A stretch of DNA of 64,000 nt from Eledone cirrhosa (taxonomy: Eukaryota): assembly GCA_964016885.1 (NCBI GenBank), contig OZ024759.1, forward strand, positions 4,588,001-4,652,000, given 5' to 3'. The notes beneath the pieces were generated by a model. It had not been told where the DNA came from, ran no database searches, and saw only the letters and a list, made by a program, of their open reading frames with translations. The position numbers and the translations under genes are program-made. Below are positions 1 to 13,930 of this stretch, piece after piece; the first letter of the stretch is position 1, and each line of letters opens with the position of its first letter.

Positions 1-436
1 TCCATCAATTGTGTGAGGTCAGCTTTTATCACCTCAAACCAGGTCTTTTTACTCCATAGGTTCCATCAATTGTGTAAGGTCAGCTGTTATCAACCCATCC
101 CAGGTCTTCCTTCTCTATAGCTTCCATCAATTGTGTCAGGTCAGCTTTTATCACCTCATCCCAGGTCTTCCTACTTCATAGCTTCCATCAATTGTGTCAG
201 GTCAGCTATTATCACCTCATCCCAGGTCTTCCTACTTCATAGCTTCCATCAATTGTGTCAGGTCAGCTATTATCACCTCATCCCAGGTCTTCCTACTTCA
301 TAGCTTCCATCAATTGTGTCAGGTCAGCTATTATCACCTCATCCCAGGTCTTCCTACTTCATAGCTTCCATCAATTGTGTCAGGTCAGCTATTATCACCT
401 CATCCCAGGTCTTCCTACTTCATAGCTTCCATCAAT
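1..436. repeat. 59-bp tandem repeat derived from the 3' end of an RTE LINE ORF
   Basis: Unit cttccatcaattgtgtcaggtcagctattatcacctcatcccaggtcttcctacttcatag, about 7 copies, running off the left edge. Its reverse complement resembles the RTE 'KTWDEVIKTDLTQ' region at ~33345-33390 and ~4385-4450. Confidence 0.85.
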
Positions 437-538
437 TTTATAAAATGCTTGAAAACAACTTAGAAAAAATGTTACTCAAAATCAAAATTTAATCCCAAAG
501 AGAGGAAATTGGAACATTATCCACTGAAAGTTGCTTAA

Positions 539-1007
539 CCCTTTAGTGTCCAAACCAGCCAAAACTGGCCAGAATTCTCTACCTCTTTCTGTTGAAACTG
601 GCTGTAACTGGTCGCTCAGACTGATGTTAAGGTATTGTTCTCAAAATAAATACTTTCAAAATCTGATAGATTCAATATTATGTGAGATAAAGCCTTTACC
701 ATGAAAATATAATAGTATATATAAAATAATGTGAATGCTAAAGGGTTAACCCTTTAACATTTAAACCGGCAATAACTGGCCAGAGTTCTGTCCTCTTTTT
801 CTTTTTAAACCACTCGTAACTGGCCACTCATACTGATGTTAAAGTATTGTTCTCAATATAAATAATATCAGATTCGATATTATGTGAGGTAAAGACTTTA
901 CCATGGAAATATAATAGTATATATAGAGTAATGTAAATGTTATGTGAGATAAAGACATTACCATGGAAATATAATAGTATATATAGAATAATGTAAATGT
1001 TAAAGGC
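539..1007. mobile_element. Two tandem piggyBac-like MITEs (539-745 and 750-1007) sharing a TTAA
   Basis: TTAA|CCCTTTA...TAAAGGG|TTAA termini. The same family occurs at ~31107, 31278-33983, 39212-39431 and 44369-44579. Confidence 0.8.
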
Positions 1008-2600
1008 TTAAACCCTGAAGAAAGGACTTTTAGGTCCCGAAATATTGGACAGATAAAAGAACAACAACAAAAAAACAAAACAAAGATTACCAGGTAACTT
1101 TTACTTTTCCTTACCTCATCTTATTGTCCATTTTGCATTGTTTAGCCTTCTATCTCTTTCAACGTTATATTTTATATAGAATGCTTCAAACAAACTACAA
1201 CATTTAATTATATATCATCATCATCATCTTCAATTAACGTCCATCTTCCACACTAGCATGTGTTAGACGGGTCCCATTTAGAGGCAAGTGTGGGCTGGAT
1301 GCTTTTTTGCTGTCTTCTACACGTCCAGTGTGGGTGAGATATATATATATGTGTATGTATATATCATCACCATTTAGCGTCCATTTTTCCATTCTTGCAT
1401 GGGTTAGACGGGTCATTCACACCAGGAGGCAAGTCTGGCCAGGGTTGGCCATGTGTCGCACCTTGCTCAGGTGAGGTCTGTAAATTTGGTGGGGTATTTT
1501 ACAGCTGGATTCCCTTCCTAACATCAACCATGTTTACAGTGTGGAACTGGATGGCTCTGTTATGAGGAGGGACAGGCCAGTTGGCTGCACTGAACTCATC
1601 TCACAGTGGAACTATAATTTTGGGGGGCCTGGTACTGGGTGGCACCATTGAGGAGGGGGTAGCCAGTCAGCTGCTCCAAACTCATCTCACGAGGTTACCA
1701 CAGTTTTGGGGCCCTGTACTAGGGGCTATAGTGATGGTGTAGCTAGTTTATATGAATAAGTAAATCTGACGCAGGTATATTTCTACAGTTTACCAATGTA
1801 CCGTACTTACTGGCGCCAATGACGACCAATTTTTGAAAAAAAATAATAATCAACCTTCGGCCTCCAGGACATATGGTAGATATTTTGGACTTATATTAGG
1901 GAAAAAGTAATGTCTTTGATGCTAGGAAATATGGTGAAAATTTAAAATTTCCACTGTTAAATCTATCCCTGCATTTTAAGTATTCTCTATTATCTCATAC
2001 TGTTACTTTCTTATAAGTCCTATAAGAATGCAATTTTTGCTAAACTGCCATAGAGCAGACCTCTGAAGTGATAGAAGGATATAATTTATAGAGCATGCTG
2101 GAATACCACTGCTTACATTGGAGAGAATTTCTCTGGACAGAATGTTGATATCTACATTTTACCAATATAGAAATATAACATTTCCACTGTTAAATCTATC
2201 TCTGCTTCTAAAGTATTCTCTATTATCTCATACTGTTTCTTTCTTATTTCAGAATATCAGATGACATTGGGATAAATTATTATTTTCAATCTTGGATACA
2301 TCATCTCTATTTATCATCATTTGAAGACTAAAACCTTCTAAACAGAACTTATATAACACTGTTTATATAAATCTATAGTTCAATTACTGTGAAATATTTC
2401 CTCAAAACTGAGTTTATTTTCTTCACTATAAGATGGTTTTGTATTTTAACTAAACTTGGATGAAACAGAAGTTTGTATTATCTTCAGATATTAACTGAAA
2501 TCACAGTTGAGGGAAATATAGAAGAATATTTTATAAGAAATATAATATAAAAAATATTACAAGAAAAACATCTGTATATTCTGTTGAAGAAGAAATCATT

Positions 2601-3320
2601 ATGCCAAATAAATTGACAAAGAAGATTAAATGTGTAACACAATCTAAAGTGTTTAGTATTGCTGGTGAGATGACAAAGGTTAGAGAAGAGAAGCCATATC
2701 ACTGTGATATCTGTGATAAATCATTCTCTCAAAGTGGTACCTTAACTACTCACAAACGTATACATACAGGAGACAAGCCATATCACTGTGATATCTGTGG
2801 TATATCATTCTCTGGGAAAAGTAGCCTAACTACTCACAAATGTATACATGCAGAAGAGAAATCATAATGCATTGACATCAGTGATAAATCCTTCTCTCAA
2901 ATTTGTGAATTAATGAGAATACAAATACATATCATTGTAACATCTTAGGGAAATCCTTCTCTTTGAATGTTACATTAACTATACACACACATATACATAC
3001 AGCTGGGAAGCCATATCACTTTGATATATTTGGTACATCATTCTCTAAATGTTGTGGCTTCACTAGACACCAACATCTACAGGAGAGGAACCATATCACT
3101 GTGATGTCTGTGATAAATCCTTCTCTAAATGTTGTGGTTTCACTAGACACCAACATATACATACAGGAGAGGAACCATATCACTGTGATGTCTGTGATAA
3201 ATCCTTCTCTAAATGTTGTGGTTTAATTAGACACTAACATATACAGGAGAGGAACTATATCACTGTGATGTCTGTGGTACATCTTTCTCTTATAAAGATT
3301 ACTTAATGCAACACAATTAG
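2601..3320 (+). pseudogene. C2H2 zinc-finger array, decayed after two intact fingers
   Basis: [40 protein letters not shown]...HKCIH, then a stop at 2867. About five more fingers (ccatatcactgtgatgtctgtgataaatccttctct) follow with stops and frameshifts. Candidate splice acceptor ttcttatttcag at ~2251. Confidence 0.85.
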
Positions 3321-3424
3321 ATAAAAACCATGTCACTCACCTAAAATAGTGCCATCAATGTTGTTAATATTTTGAATAAACCTGTTTTACTAAGAAATTC
3401 TCCTTTCATTTTATGTCTGTATAA

Positions 3425-3775
3425 ACACAGTCTTCTCTCTTACACACCACTTCAGCTCACTCTTAAACCCAGCTTCTTCTTCAACTTGTCCAAGCTCTCC
3501 CTTTCTCTCACACTTACACAACATATCCTACAAAGCATGGTTGTTTCATATCTCTCCAGTCTACATAACCTCTGCAGTCACAGCCCTTATTTCGTTACCA
3601 TGCATCATTGCATATCACCCACATGTGTCATACAGTTGTCCTTTTGTACAGAGAGAGAGAAACTTTTTGTGGTCAACTGTTGCAGTAGCTCTCTAAACTT
3701 TTTCCATCCTATCCTTATTCTAGCTATACAACTTTCAGAGCAGCCCCCTCCACTTCTAATTAACTCACCTAGATT
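3425..3775 (-). mobile_element. Degenerate RTE LINE fragment
   Basis: LGELIRSGGGCSESCIARIRIGWKKFRELL matches the RTE ORF at 32326-33477. Confidence 0.8.
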
Positions 3776-3799
3776 GCAAAATATATTTGTCAGCATACT

Positions 3800-4545
3800 T
3801 TATGAAGGGTCTGTTTGGAAGTGCCTCGCCTAATAAACAATGGTGCCATAACTGGACTCAGAAACCAATGGTCACACATACATGGTAAGTTAGCTAAGAA
3901 CGTAGGTTTTACATTGGTTCACTGCGCTGGAGAAGTAAGCAGCAATCACGTTTAGGAGACAAGCTCTATCAAATATTTAAAGGGTTCCATAGAAGCAGTT
4001 GACAGTTTCTGTTACCTGGGGTATCAAATAAGCAGTGGAGGTAGGTGTTCTGAAAGTACAGTAACAAGAGTAAGAACAAGATGGCAGAGGTTTAGGGTGT
4101 TACTACTGCTGCTAGCTACAAAAGGTTGTTTCACCAAATTGATGTGTGCATATAAACAGCAATGCTGCATTGCAGTGAGGACCCCAGAAGATTGGATAGA
4201 AATGAAGCTTGAATTCTCCGATGGATGTGTAATATTAATATACATGAAGGGGAAAGTGTTAATAACCTGAGAGAGAACCTGGGCATGAGAGGGAAAAGAT
4301 ACAGTATGCAGGAGAGGAGATTGCTGTGGTATGGACATGTGATGTGTATGAAGGTAGAGATGCTGTATAAAAGGTTGACCACTTGAAATTGATGGAAGAG
4401 GAAGACCTAGGAATGCTTGGGATGTGGAGGTAAAAACTGACCTGACACCATTGTACCTCTCAAAGGTGATGACACAGGATTGAAATCTCTGGCGTTATAC
4501 AGTACTGCAGGAGACCTGCATTCCCATGTGCACGGGTTGACACAA
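3800..4545 (+). mobile_element. Degenerate RTE LINE 3' fragment
   Basis: Colinear similarity to 32730-33480 (gacagtttctgttacctggg...tggtatggacatgtgatg...ggaagacctagg). Confidence 0.75.
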
Positions 4546-6090
4546 CATTTAGTGGTTTGAAGTATGCTCCAATTTTCCTCCCCTTCACATCTTAACACTC
4601 CACCCCCTTACCAGCTAAGTACACCACCCTGACCTACCTCTCCAATCCCCACTCTACATACACACAACCCCACCCCCACTTTCACATCTGATACACCTCT
4701 CTTGACCAACCCATGTATACAAGTAAGGAAAGCTTAACATTATCTCCTCCAATGCTGCTGAAATGGCTAAAAGCCCTCAGGCAACCCTGTAAGGTGGTCA
4801 TGCAAGTGTCATGACAAAAGAGCACCAAGTCCTCTCTGTTAGGTAACATGACAAAAGAACACCTAACCCTCCCTGCAAGGTAGTCATGCTGATGACATGA
4901 CAAATAAGCACCCAGTCCACCCTGTGAGGTAGACATGACAGAAGGCCCCTAGCCCACTCTGTAAAGTAGTCATGCTAGTGGCAAGACTGAAGGGACCCGA
5001 AGCACCCTTCAAAGTGATCAAATTGGTGACATGACTTGACACCATTTTTTAGTTTACTTCTAAAATATCTCATTTTTATTTTACTTCTAAAATATCTCAT
5101 ATATTTAAAAATTACTTATTTTAAAAAATTATTATTTATTTCTTAAAAAAATTACTTTTTAAAGATTATTTAAAATTTTTTTATATTTTTTAATATTTTT
5201 TAAATATTTTTAAACATTTTAAATAGTTTAAGTACTTTTTAAGTATTTTATTTTGTTAAAAGGGTTTTTTGAGTATCTTCTGAGATTAAAAAAAAATTTT
5301 TTTTTATTTTTCCAGAAATGTTTTCCAGAACTTTTAATATTTTAATATTTTAAATATTTTTTAATTATTTAATATTAGAGTTATAACCAATAACTAATTC
5401 TGGCTATATATATCTTTCAACATTTATATCTTCGTCAAAATGGTCTCTTACTAACTAATAAATAAACAAAGCTGGGTTTTTCAGTATCTTCCTAATTTAA
5501 AACATTAAAAACATATAAATAATCTTATTAACTCAGTTAATTTAATTACTTACACTAAATATAAACCAGTATCCCTCATAACTTATTAAAACAATTATCT
5601 ATAACATGATATAGCCATTTATCCACTCATATATCTATTCTTCTATCTATTGATTCTCCTATTTTCTACTTTATATCTATTTATTTTCAATTTATTATTC
5701 AATGTCTTTATATATATTTATTTTTTCTATATATCTATTTTTCTATATACTTATAATAGTAAATATTATATTGTATTATATTAGAATTCTAACAATAATT
5801 AGTAAATATACGTAACATTAATATAAACGTAATACTTATTTACGTTACATGAGTTCATCCTCTATAAATGTCTTTCTTCTCTCTATCTCTCTATCTATCT
5901 CATAACAGTAATTTTTTTCTCTCTCTTTCTTCTCTTTCTTCCCTATCTTTCCCCAGCGTAATTTAAATAAACGGTTGTTTTTTCAATTTTTCATACATTC
6001 ATTTGCATATTCACACATAACTTTGAATTACCCCTAATAAGTTTCCCCTATCCAGCGAATTTCCGACCGTTATTTATAAAACAAATTTTG

Positions 6091-6155
6091 TATTTTATCT
6101 GATGAAAGAGCACCAAGATTGACTTGGTCGCCCTTGAAATATATATAATAAAATA
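6091..6155 (+). ncRNA. Minimal type I hammerhead ribozyme motif
   Basis: Stem I TATTTTAT/ATAAAATA (8 bp). Core CTGATGA 6099-6105. Stem II AAGAGC-ACCAAG/CTTGGT-C-GCCCTT. GAAA 6136-6139. Palindromic stem III ATATATAT. Cleavage triplet AUA, cut after 6147. Confidence 0.8.
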
Positions 6156-7271
6156 AATATGCAAAAGTTCTATTTAAATTGTTGGGATACAACAAGCAAA
6201 TATGTTTATAACTGATATAAAGCACTCAACAAGTATTTGGAATAAACATACGATATTAACAATCCTTTTGTATTTTATGTACTCAATTATACGATGTACT
6301 ATATTGATTTATACTTCTCTCTATATGTGAGTATATATGTATATGTGTATATTGACATACATGTACATGTGTTCTATGCATTTTTATGAATATATGTCTG
6401 TCTGTATGTATGCATGCGTGACGCGAATCTACCAATTGGCCGAGGATGCACACACATGTATATATATGTATATGTAAGAATTGTGTGTGTACATGTACAT
6501 GTATACCCATACAATTTGATTGCAGATAGACATAACTAACAGCCATAAATGCATAACAGCTAATCTTATATATTTATATATATATATATTAAAAAAAATT
6601 TGTTATAAAAAATATTTTATTTAATAACACAAAGGATGGATAACATTAAATTAAAAATTCATTTATGCTTTGTATGTATATATTATATACGTGGTTAGAT
6701 ATGGTGTGTATTTTGTGAGTGTGTGTATATATATATATTTATGTGTATTTTTGCGTGTGTGTACGTGTTATATGATATGTAGTTCTCTAGCAATATATAG
6801 ATTTCTTAATGTTTAGATTCCAATTTTTAATATATTGATCTCAATTTTTAAACTAAATATCTAATCATAGTTAAACAATGATTAATTTCTCATATTATGT
6901 ATGTATATTCCATTCATGATTATTAATATTTCTAATTTTATTTATTCATTTCATCTCAATTGTTAAGTTAACTTAATATGACATGACTTAATGTGTTCAT
7001 TCTTTCCCCCTCTCTCTATCTCTATATTTTTGTCTCTGTCTGGTGTTTTGATATATCTCTCTCGTTTTTCTCTCCTTTTTCTTTTTTCTTGTTTTCTTTC
7101 TTTCTTTCTCCCTTTTCTCTCTCTCCGTCCTTTTCCTTATCTGTAACACAACGACTTATTTTAAAAATACTAATATAAGTAAACAACTCCACTATCCCTG
7201 AGTCTTCCAAAAGTAACGGTTGCATTTTGTAAGGGTATGTCAATATTTATTTATAAAACTGTTATATATTG

Positions 7272-7336
7272 TATTTTGTCTGATGAAAGCATACCATAAT
7301 TTAACATGGTATCCTTGAAATATGTATAATGAAATA
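7272..7336 (+). ncRNA. Minimal type I hammerhead ribozyme motif
   Basis: Stem I TATTTTGT/ATGAAATA. Core CTGATGA 7280-7286. Stem II AAG-C-ATACCAT/ATGGTAT-C-CTT. GAAA 7317-7320. AUA triplet, cut after 7328. Confidence 0.8.
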
Positions 7337-7404
7337 GATATGGTTTTATAAATATAGTTTCCATTTGTTAATATCGTATAATAAAATAAATATAGTTTTA
7401 TAAA

Positions 7405-7785
7405 TCATCATCACCGTTTTACGTCCGTTCTTCCATGCTAGCATGGGTTAGACGGGTTGTCCTGTTGTGGGCAGTGTCTGGTCGGCTGACCATGCCTTGC
7501 TCATACAGGAACTGATTTTGGCTTTTCTATAGCCGGATGCCCTTCCTAACACCAACCTCATTTACAGTGAGTGTTGCGTGCTTTTTTCCGTGGCACCTAT
7601 GCGTCCACTTTACAGTGTGGGCTGGGTGCTTTTTTTGTGTGGCACCTCCACGACCACTTTGCAGTGGGAGGGTGTGGGGGCATATTGTCTATATGCTTCA
7701 GCTTGAACCCATGGGAGGTCGGGTACTCTGTATTACTGCGTGATGCCAGAGGTCACGGTCGTGTGTCATCGCCTTTGAGAGGTGT
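7405..7785 (-). mobile_element. 5'-truncated RTE LINE 3' end (ORF end, 3' UTR, GAT tail)
   Basis: Close reverse-complement match to 33395-33775. Confidence 0.9.
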
Positions 7786-8046
7786 GTGTTTATATATATA
7801 TATATATACAAATAAATTATCGAGAATCGGAATCTCGGCCCATGAAATAATGAAACACAATCAAAGTGCTCAATAGTTTGGATAAACCAGAGCTATAACT
7901 AACGTTTAAATACCAACACACTGAGATAATGCTTAAAATCATTCGCACAGCCGAAAAAAACGACCAAGAAAATTCGGGTCAGACAAATAATAAATATATA
8001 TATATATATTTTTTCTTTTAACATATATGTGTATATAAAATATATA

Positions 8047-8121
8047 CAGGGTCTCCCCAAAAATGTATACACACTTCAACTACAGTCTATGTAAGTGTGT
8101 ATACATTTTGGGGGGACACTG
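8047..8121. mobile_element. 75-bp Tc1/mariner-type MITE
   Basis: TA|cagggtctccccaaaaatgtatacacactt...aagtgtgtatacattttggggggacactg|TA. Confidence 0.85.
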
Positions 8122-8569
8122 TAATATACATATCATTAAACGTATCTCCTACATGTGTATAAATAAATATACATGTATTTAATTAACAATTTTCTGTAGA
8201 ATCTGTTAAACATGGAAGAAAATGTGGAGACTAAATAAAATTAACGTGTTGGTCACATTAACTTAATAATATAACTATATATTAATGAAATATGTCGAAA
8301 TAAAAGTTGTAATTGTGACAAAAATATTGAGTTGGTAGTTTATTATGACCAAGACTACTCATTATCCCACTACATATTTTGTATACTATATATATACTGT
8401 ATATATACAGTTTATATATATATACACACACACATATAATTGCGTATTCACACATTATCTTAGTAATGAAATAATAATTTTAGTAAATTGTTCACCAGGC
8501 AATTCCTTCCTCAATCATTACATAGATGTGTGTATGCAATAATTATTTTGTATTGTGTGTCTATTTAGA

Positions 8570-11500
8570 AATATGTATGTGTAGATGTGTGTGTGTGTGT
8601 AACACAGTAGATGTGTGTGTATGTAACACAATAGATGTGTGTGTATGTAACCCAGTAGATGTGTGTGTATGTAACTCAGCAGATGTGTGTGTGTAACACA
8701 GTAGATGTGTGTGTATGTAACTCAGCAGATGTGTGTGTATGTAACACAGTATATGTATGTGTATGTAACACACTAGATGTGTGTGTATATATAACACAGT
8801 AGATGTGTATGTAACACAGTAGATGTGTATATATAACACAGTAGATGTGTGTATATGTAACACAGTAGATGTGTATATATAACACAGTAGATGTGTATGT
8901 AACACAGATATGTATATATAACACAGTAGATGTGTGTGTATGTAACACAGATGTGTGTGTATGTAACACAGATGTGTGTGTATGTAACAAGTAGATGTGT
9001 GTATGTAACACAGTAGATGTGTATATATAACATAGTAGATGTGTGTGTATGTAACACAGATGTGTGTATGTAACTCAGCAGATGTGTGTGTGTAACACAG
9101 TAGATGTGTGTGTATGTAACTCAGCAGATGTGTGTGTATGTAACACAGTAGATGTGTGTGTATGTAACACAGTAGATGTGTGTGTAACACAGTATGTGTA
9201 TGTAACACACTAGATGTATGTGTATATATAACACAGTAGATGTGTATGTAACACAGTAGATGTGTATATATAACACAGTAGATGTGTGTATATGTAACAC
9301 AGTAGATGTGTATATATAACACAGTAGATGTGTATGTAACACAGTAGATGTGTATATATAACACAGTAGATGTGTGTATGTAACACAGTAGATGTGTATG
9401 TAACACAGTAGATGTGTATATATACCATAGTAGATGTGTGTGTATGTAACACAGATGTGTGTATGTAACTCAGCAGATGTGTGTGTGTAACACAGTAGAT
9501 GTGTGTGTATGTAACTCAGCAGATGTGTGTGTATGTAACTCAGCAGATGTATGTGTATGTAACACAGTAGATGTGTGTGTGTGTAACACAGTATGTGTAT
9601 GTAACACACTAGATATGTGTGTATATATAACACAGTAGATGTGTATGTAACACAGTAGATGTGTATATATAACACAGTAGATGTGTGTATATGTAACACA
9701 GTAGATGTGTATATATAACACAGTAGATGTGTATGTAACACAGTAGATGTGTATACATAACACAGTAGATGTGTGTGTATGTAACACAGATGTGTGTGTA
9801 TGTAACAAGTAGATGTGTGTATGTAACACAGTAGATGTGTATGTGTAACACAGTAGATGTGTATATATAACACAGTAGATGTGTGTGTATGTAACACAGA
9901 TGTGTGTGTATGTAACAAGTAGATGTGTGTATGTAACACAGCAGATGTGTGTGTAACACAGTAGATGTGTGTGTATGTAACTCAGCAGATGTGTGTGTAT
10001 GTAACAAGTAGATGTGTGTATGTAACACTGTAGATGTGTATGTAACACAGTAGATGTGTATATATAACATAGTAGATGTGTGTGTATGTAACACAGATGT
10101 GTGTATGTAACTCAGCAGATGTGTGTGTGTAACACAGTAGATGTGTGTGTATGTAACTCAGCAGATGTGTGTGTATGTAACACAGTAGATGTGTGTGTGT
10201 AACACAGTATCAGTATGTAACACACTAGATGTGTGTGTATATATAACACAGTAGATGTGTGTATATATAACACAGTATATTTGTGTGTGTGTGTAACACA
10301 GTATGTGTATGTAACACACTAGATGTGTGTGTATATATAACACAGTAGATGTGTATGTAACACAGTAGATGTGTATATATAACACAGTAGATGTGTGTAT
10401 ATATAACACAGTAGATGTGTATGTAACACAGTAGATGTGTATATATAACACAGTAGATGTGTGTATATGTAACACAGTAGATGTGTATATATAACACAGT
10501 AGATGTGTATGTAACACAGTAGATGTGTATATATAACACAGTAGATGTGTGTGTATGTAACACAGATGTGTGTGTATGTAACAAGTAGATGTGTGTATGT
10601 AACACAGTAGATGTGTATGTAACACAGTAGATGTGTATATATACCATAGTAGATGTGTGTGTATGTAACACAGATGTGTGTATGTAACTCAGCAGATGTG
10701 TGTGTGTAATACAGTAGATGTGTGTGTATGTAACTCAGCAGATGTGTGTGTATGTAACTCAGCAGATGTGTGTGTATGTAACACGGTAGATGTGTGTGTG
10801 TGTGTAACACAGTATGTGTATGTAACACACTAGATGTGTGTGTATATATAACACAGTAGATGTGTATGTAACACAGTAGATGTGTATATATAACACAGTA
10901 GATGTGTGTGTATGTAACACAGATGTGTGTGTATGTAACAAGTAGATGTGTGTATGTAACACAGTAGATGTGTATGTGTAACACAGTAGATGTGTATATA
11001 TAACACAGTAGATGTGTGTGTATGTAACACAGATGTGTGTGTATGTAACAAGTAGATGTGTGTATGTAACACAGCAGATGTGTGTGTGTAACACAGTAGA
11101 TGTGTGTGTATGAACTCAGCAGATGTGTGTGTATGTAACAAGTAGATGTGTGTATGTAACACAGTAGATGTGTATGTAACACAGTAGATGTGTATATATA
11201 ACATAGTAGATGTGTGTGTATGTAACACAGATGTGTGTATGTAACTCAGCAGATGTGTGTGTGTAACACAGTAGATGTGTGTGTATGTAACTCAGCAGAT
11301 GTGTGTGTATGTAACACAGTAGATGTGTGTGTGTGTGTAACACAGTATGTGTATGTAACACACTAGATGTGTGTGTATATATAACACAGTAGATGTGTGT
11401 GTATATATAACACAGTAGATGTGTGTGTGTGTGTAACACAGTATGTGTATGTAACACACTAGATGTGTGTGTATATATAACACAGTAGATGTGTATGTAA

Positions 11501-12200
11501 CACAGTAGATGTGTATATATAACACAGTAGATGTGTGTATATGTAACACAGTAGATGTGTGTATGTAACACAGTAGATGTGTATGTAACACAGTAGATGT
11601 GTATATATAACATAGTAGATGTGTGTGTATGTAACACAGATGTGTGTATGTAACTCAGCAGATGTGTGTATGTAACACAGTAGATGTGTGTGTATGTAAC
11701 TCAGCAGATGTGTGTGTATGTAACACAGTAGATGTGTGTGTGTGTGTAACACAGTATGTGTATGTAACACACTAGATGTGTGTGTATATATAACACAGTA
11801 GATGTGTATGTAACACAGTAGATGTGTATATATAACACATTAGATGTGTGTATATGTAACACAGTAGATGTGTATATATAACACAGTAGATGTGTGTATG
11901 TAACAGATGTGTGTGTATGTAACACAGTACATGTGTGTATGTAACACAGTAGATGTGTATGTAACACAGTAGATGTGTATATATAACACAGTAGATGTGT
12001 GTATATATAACACAGTAGATGTGTGTGTATGTAACACAGTAGATGTGTGTATGTAACAGTATATGTATGTGTATGTAACACACTAGATGTGTGTGTATAT
12101 GTAACACAGTAGATCTGTGTGTATGTAACACAGTAGATCTGTGTGTATGTAATACAGTACATGTATGTATGTAACACAGTAGATGTGTGTGTATGTAACT
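8570..12200. repeat. Complex minisatellite, ~20-26 bp units (gtaacacagtagatgtgtgtgtat and variants)
   Basis: 3.6-kb array with recurring variant blocks (gtaactcagcagat, atataacacagt, acactagat). Confidence 0.97.
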
Positions 12201-13054
12201 AAAGTGTAACGTACGTTACGAATGGACAACTAAAAGATTTTAACTTGTTTTTTAACAATTCATGGTGGAAAAAAATTTTAGTTGTCTCAATTCAGACCAT
12301 AAAGGGCCGCAACACACGGTGTTTGACGCACTTACCGGCTACATAGCCTCGGAGTCTATTTTACTGAGACCAGCTACATATCTTCTTCCTAAAATCTTCC
12401 AACATAATTTTATACAAGAACCACATGTTAAGTTACTAATAAAATAATTAATAATTAAAAACTTCAGTAAATCCTTCAAATGATATCTCAGTAATGAAAT
12501 AATTAATAATTGTTATAAATACCTCAAAATTCCTCATTAATTAAACCCAAGACAGGTAAAAACTCCAGAGTCTTTCAATCGGACATGAAACAAATTAATT
12601 TCTAATGAAAGAAGATTGTAAAGTCAGCCAAGGGAGATCACTCTCAGCGACTTATCGTAATTCTTGTTCCTGAATTAATCCGGATGAAAATATTCCGGTG
12701 TATTTTGTGTGGAGGAAACCGGATTTAGGCGGTGATAGCACGCAATACATGAACGTATGGTTCGTGAGTTCGAATCCCATACCGGGTGGTCTGTACGTCG
12801 GGGCCTTGAACAAGACACTTTATTTCTCATTGTTTTATTTCACCCAGCTGGCAAAAATAATAAGTTGTAATAATTATAGTGGAAATGTTGTTACATAGAA
12901 TTGTCACACTGAATCTCCCTGAGAAGAATGTCAACGGTATACGTGTCAATGAAATACTCAGACACATTATAATATAAGATGGGTTCTACATGTATTTCAA
13001 AGGGAAGCCATGCCATACGTCTTGCTGAATCTCCCTGAGAACTACGTATATACT

Positions 13055-13740
13055 AGTGACTATCAGACATAGTGTATCTAGGATTACATTATCTAATGTA
13101 CAGTACAGTAGTTAGTATTAGTGGCTATAAGACATAGTATATCTAGGACTACATTATCTAATGTACAGTATAGAAATTAGTATTACTGGCTATAAGACAT
13201 AGTGTAACTAGGACTACATTATCTAATGTACAGTATAGAAATTAGTATTAATGGCTATCAGACATAGTGTACCTAGGACTACATTATCTAATGTACAGTA
13301 TAGTGTCTATCAGACATAGTGTACCTAGGACTACATTATCTAATGTACAGTATAGTGGCTATCAGACATAGTGTACCTCGGACTACATTATCTAATGTAC
13401 AGTATAGTAGCTATTAGACATAGTGTACCTAGGACTACATTATCTAATGTACAGTATAGTGGCTATCAGACATAGTGTATCTAGGACTAGATTGTCTAAT
13501 GTACAGTATAGTGGCTATCAGACATAGTGTATCTAGGACTACATTATATAATGTACAGTATAGTGGCTATCAGACATAGTGTACCTAGGACTACATTGTC
13601 TAATGTACAGTATAGTGGCTATCAGACATAGTGTACCTAGGACTACATTATATAATGTACAGTATAATGGCTATCAGACATAGTGTACCTAGGACTACAT
13701 TATCTAATGTACTATATAGCAGTTAGTAATTGTGGCTATC
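13055..13740. repeat. 52-bp (some ~65-bp) minisatellite
   Basis: Unit gactacattatctaatgtacagtatagtggctatcagacatagtgtacctag, about 12 copies, each containing the palindrome tacatta-tc-taatgta. Confidence 0.95.
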
Positions 13741-13759
13741 ATTATTATAGACTTCAAGT

Positions 13760-13930
13760 CGGTAGAGGGTCAGACGCCATGCTTTCCAGCATAGTTACGT
13801 CCCTTTACGATCTGAGTTCAAATCCCGCCGAGGTTGACTTTGTCTTTCATCCTTAGGGGGTCGATAAAATAAAGTACCAGTAATGCACTGGGTAATTACT
13901 GGTCTTGTGCCTAAAGTAGAAACAATTATT
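13760..13930 (+). mobile_element. SINE, inverted relative to the copy at 14415-14600
   Basis: B-box-like gagttcaaatcc and body tttcatccttagggggtcgataaaataaagtaccag. Family also at ~29845, 35150, 37120, 38615, 39020, 43615 and 46920. Confidence 0.8.

Noticed and set aside
8561-12177. Many long His/Thr/Tyr/Cys-rich ORFs
   Set aside because: Translations of a minisatellite, open in all three minus frames.
12330-12390. Minus-strand mini-exon with a strong CCG|GTAAGT donor
   Set aside because: All three frames from the nearest AG contain stops; it could be a non-coding exon but there is no support.
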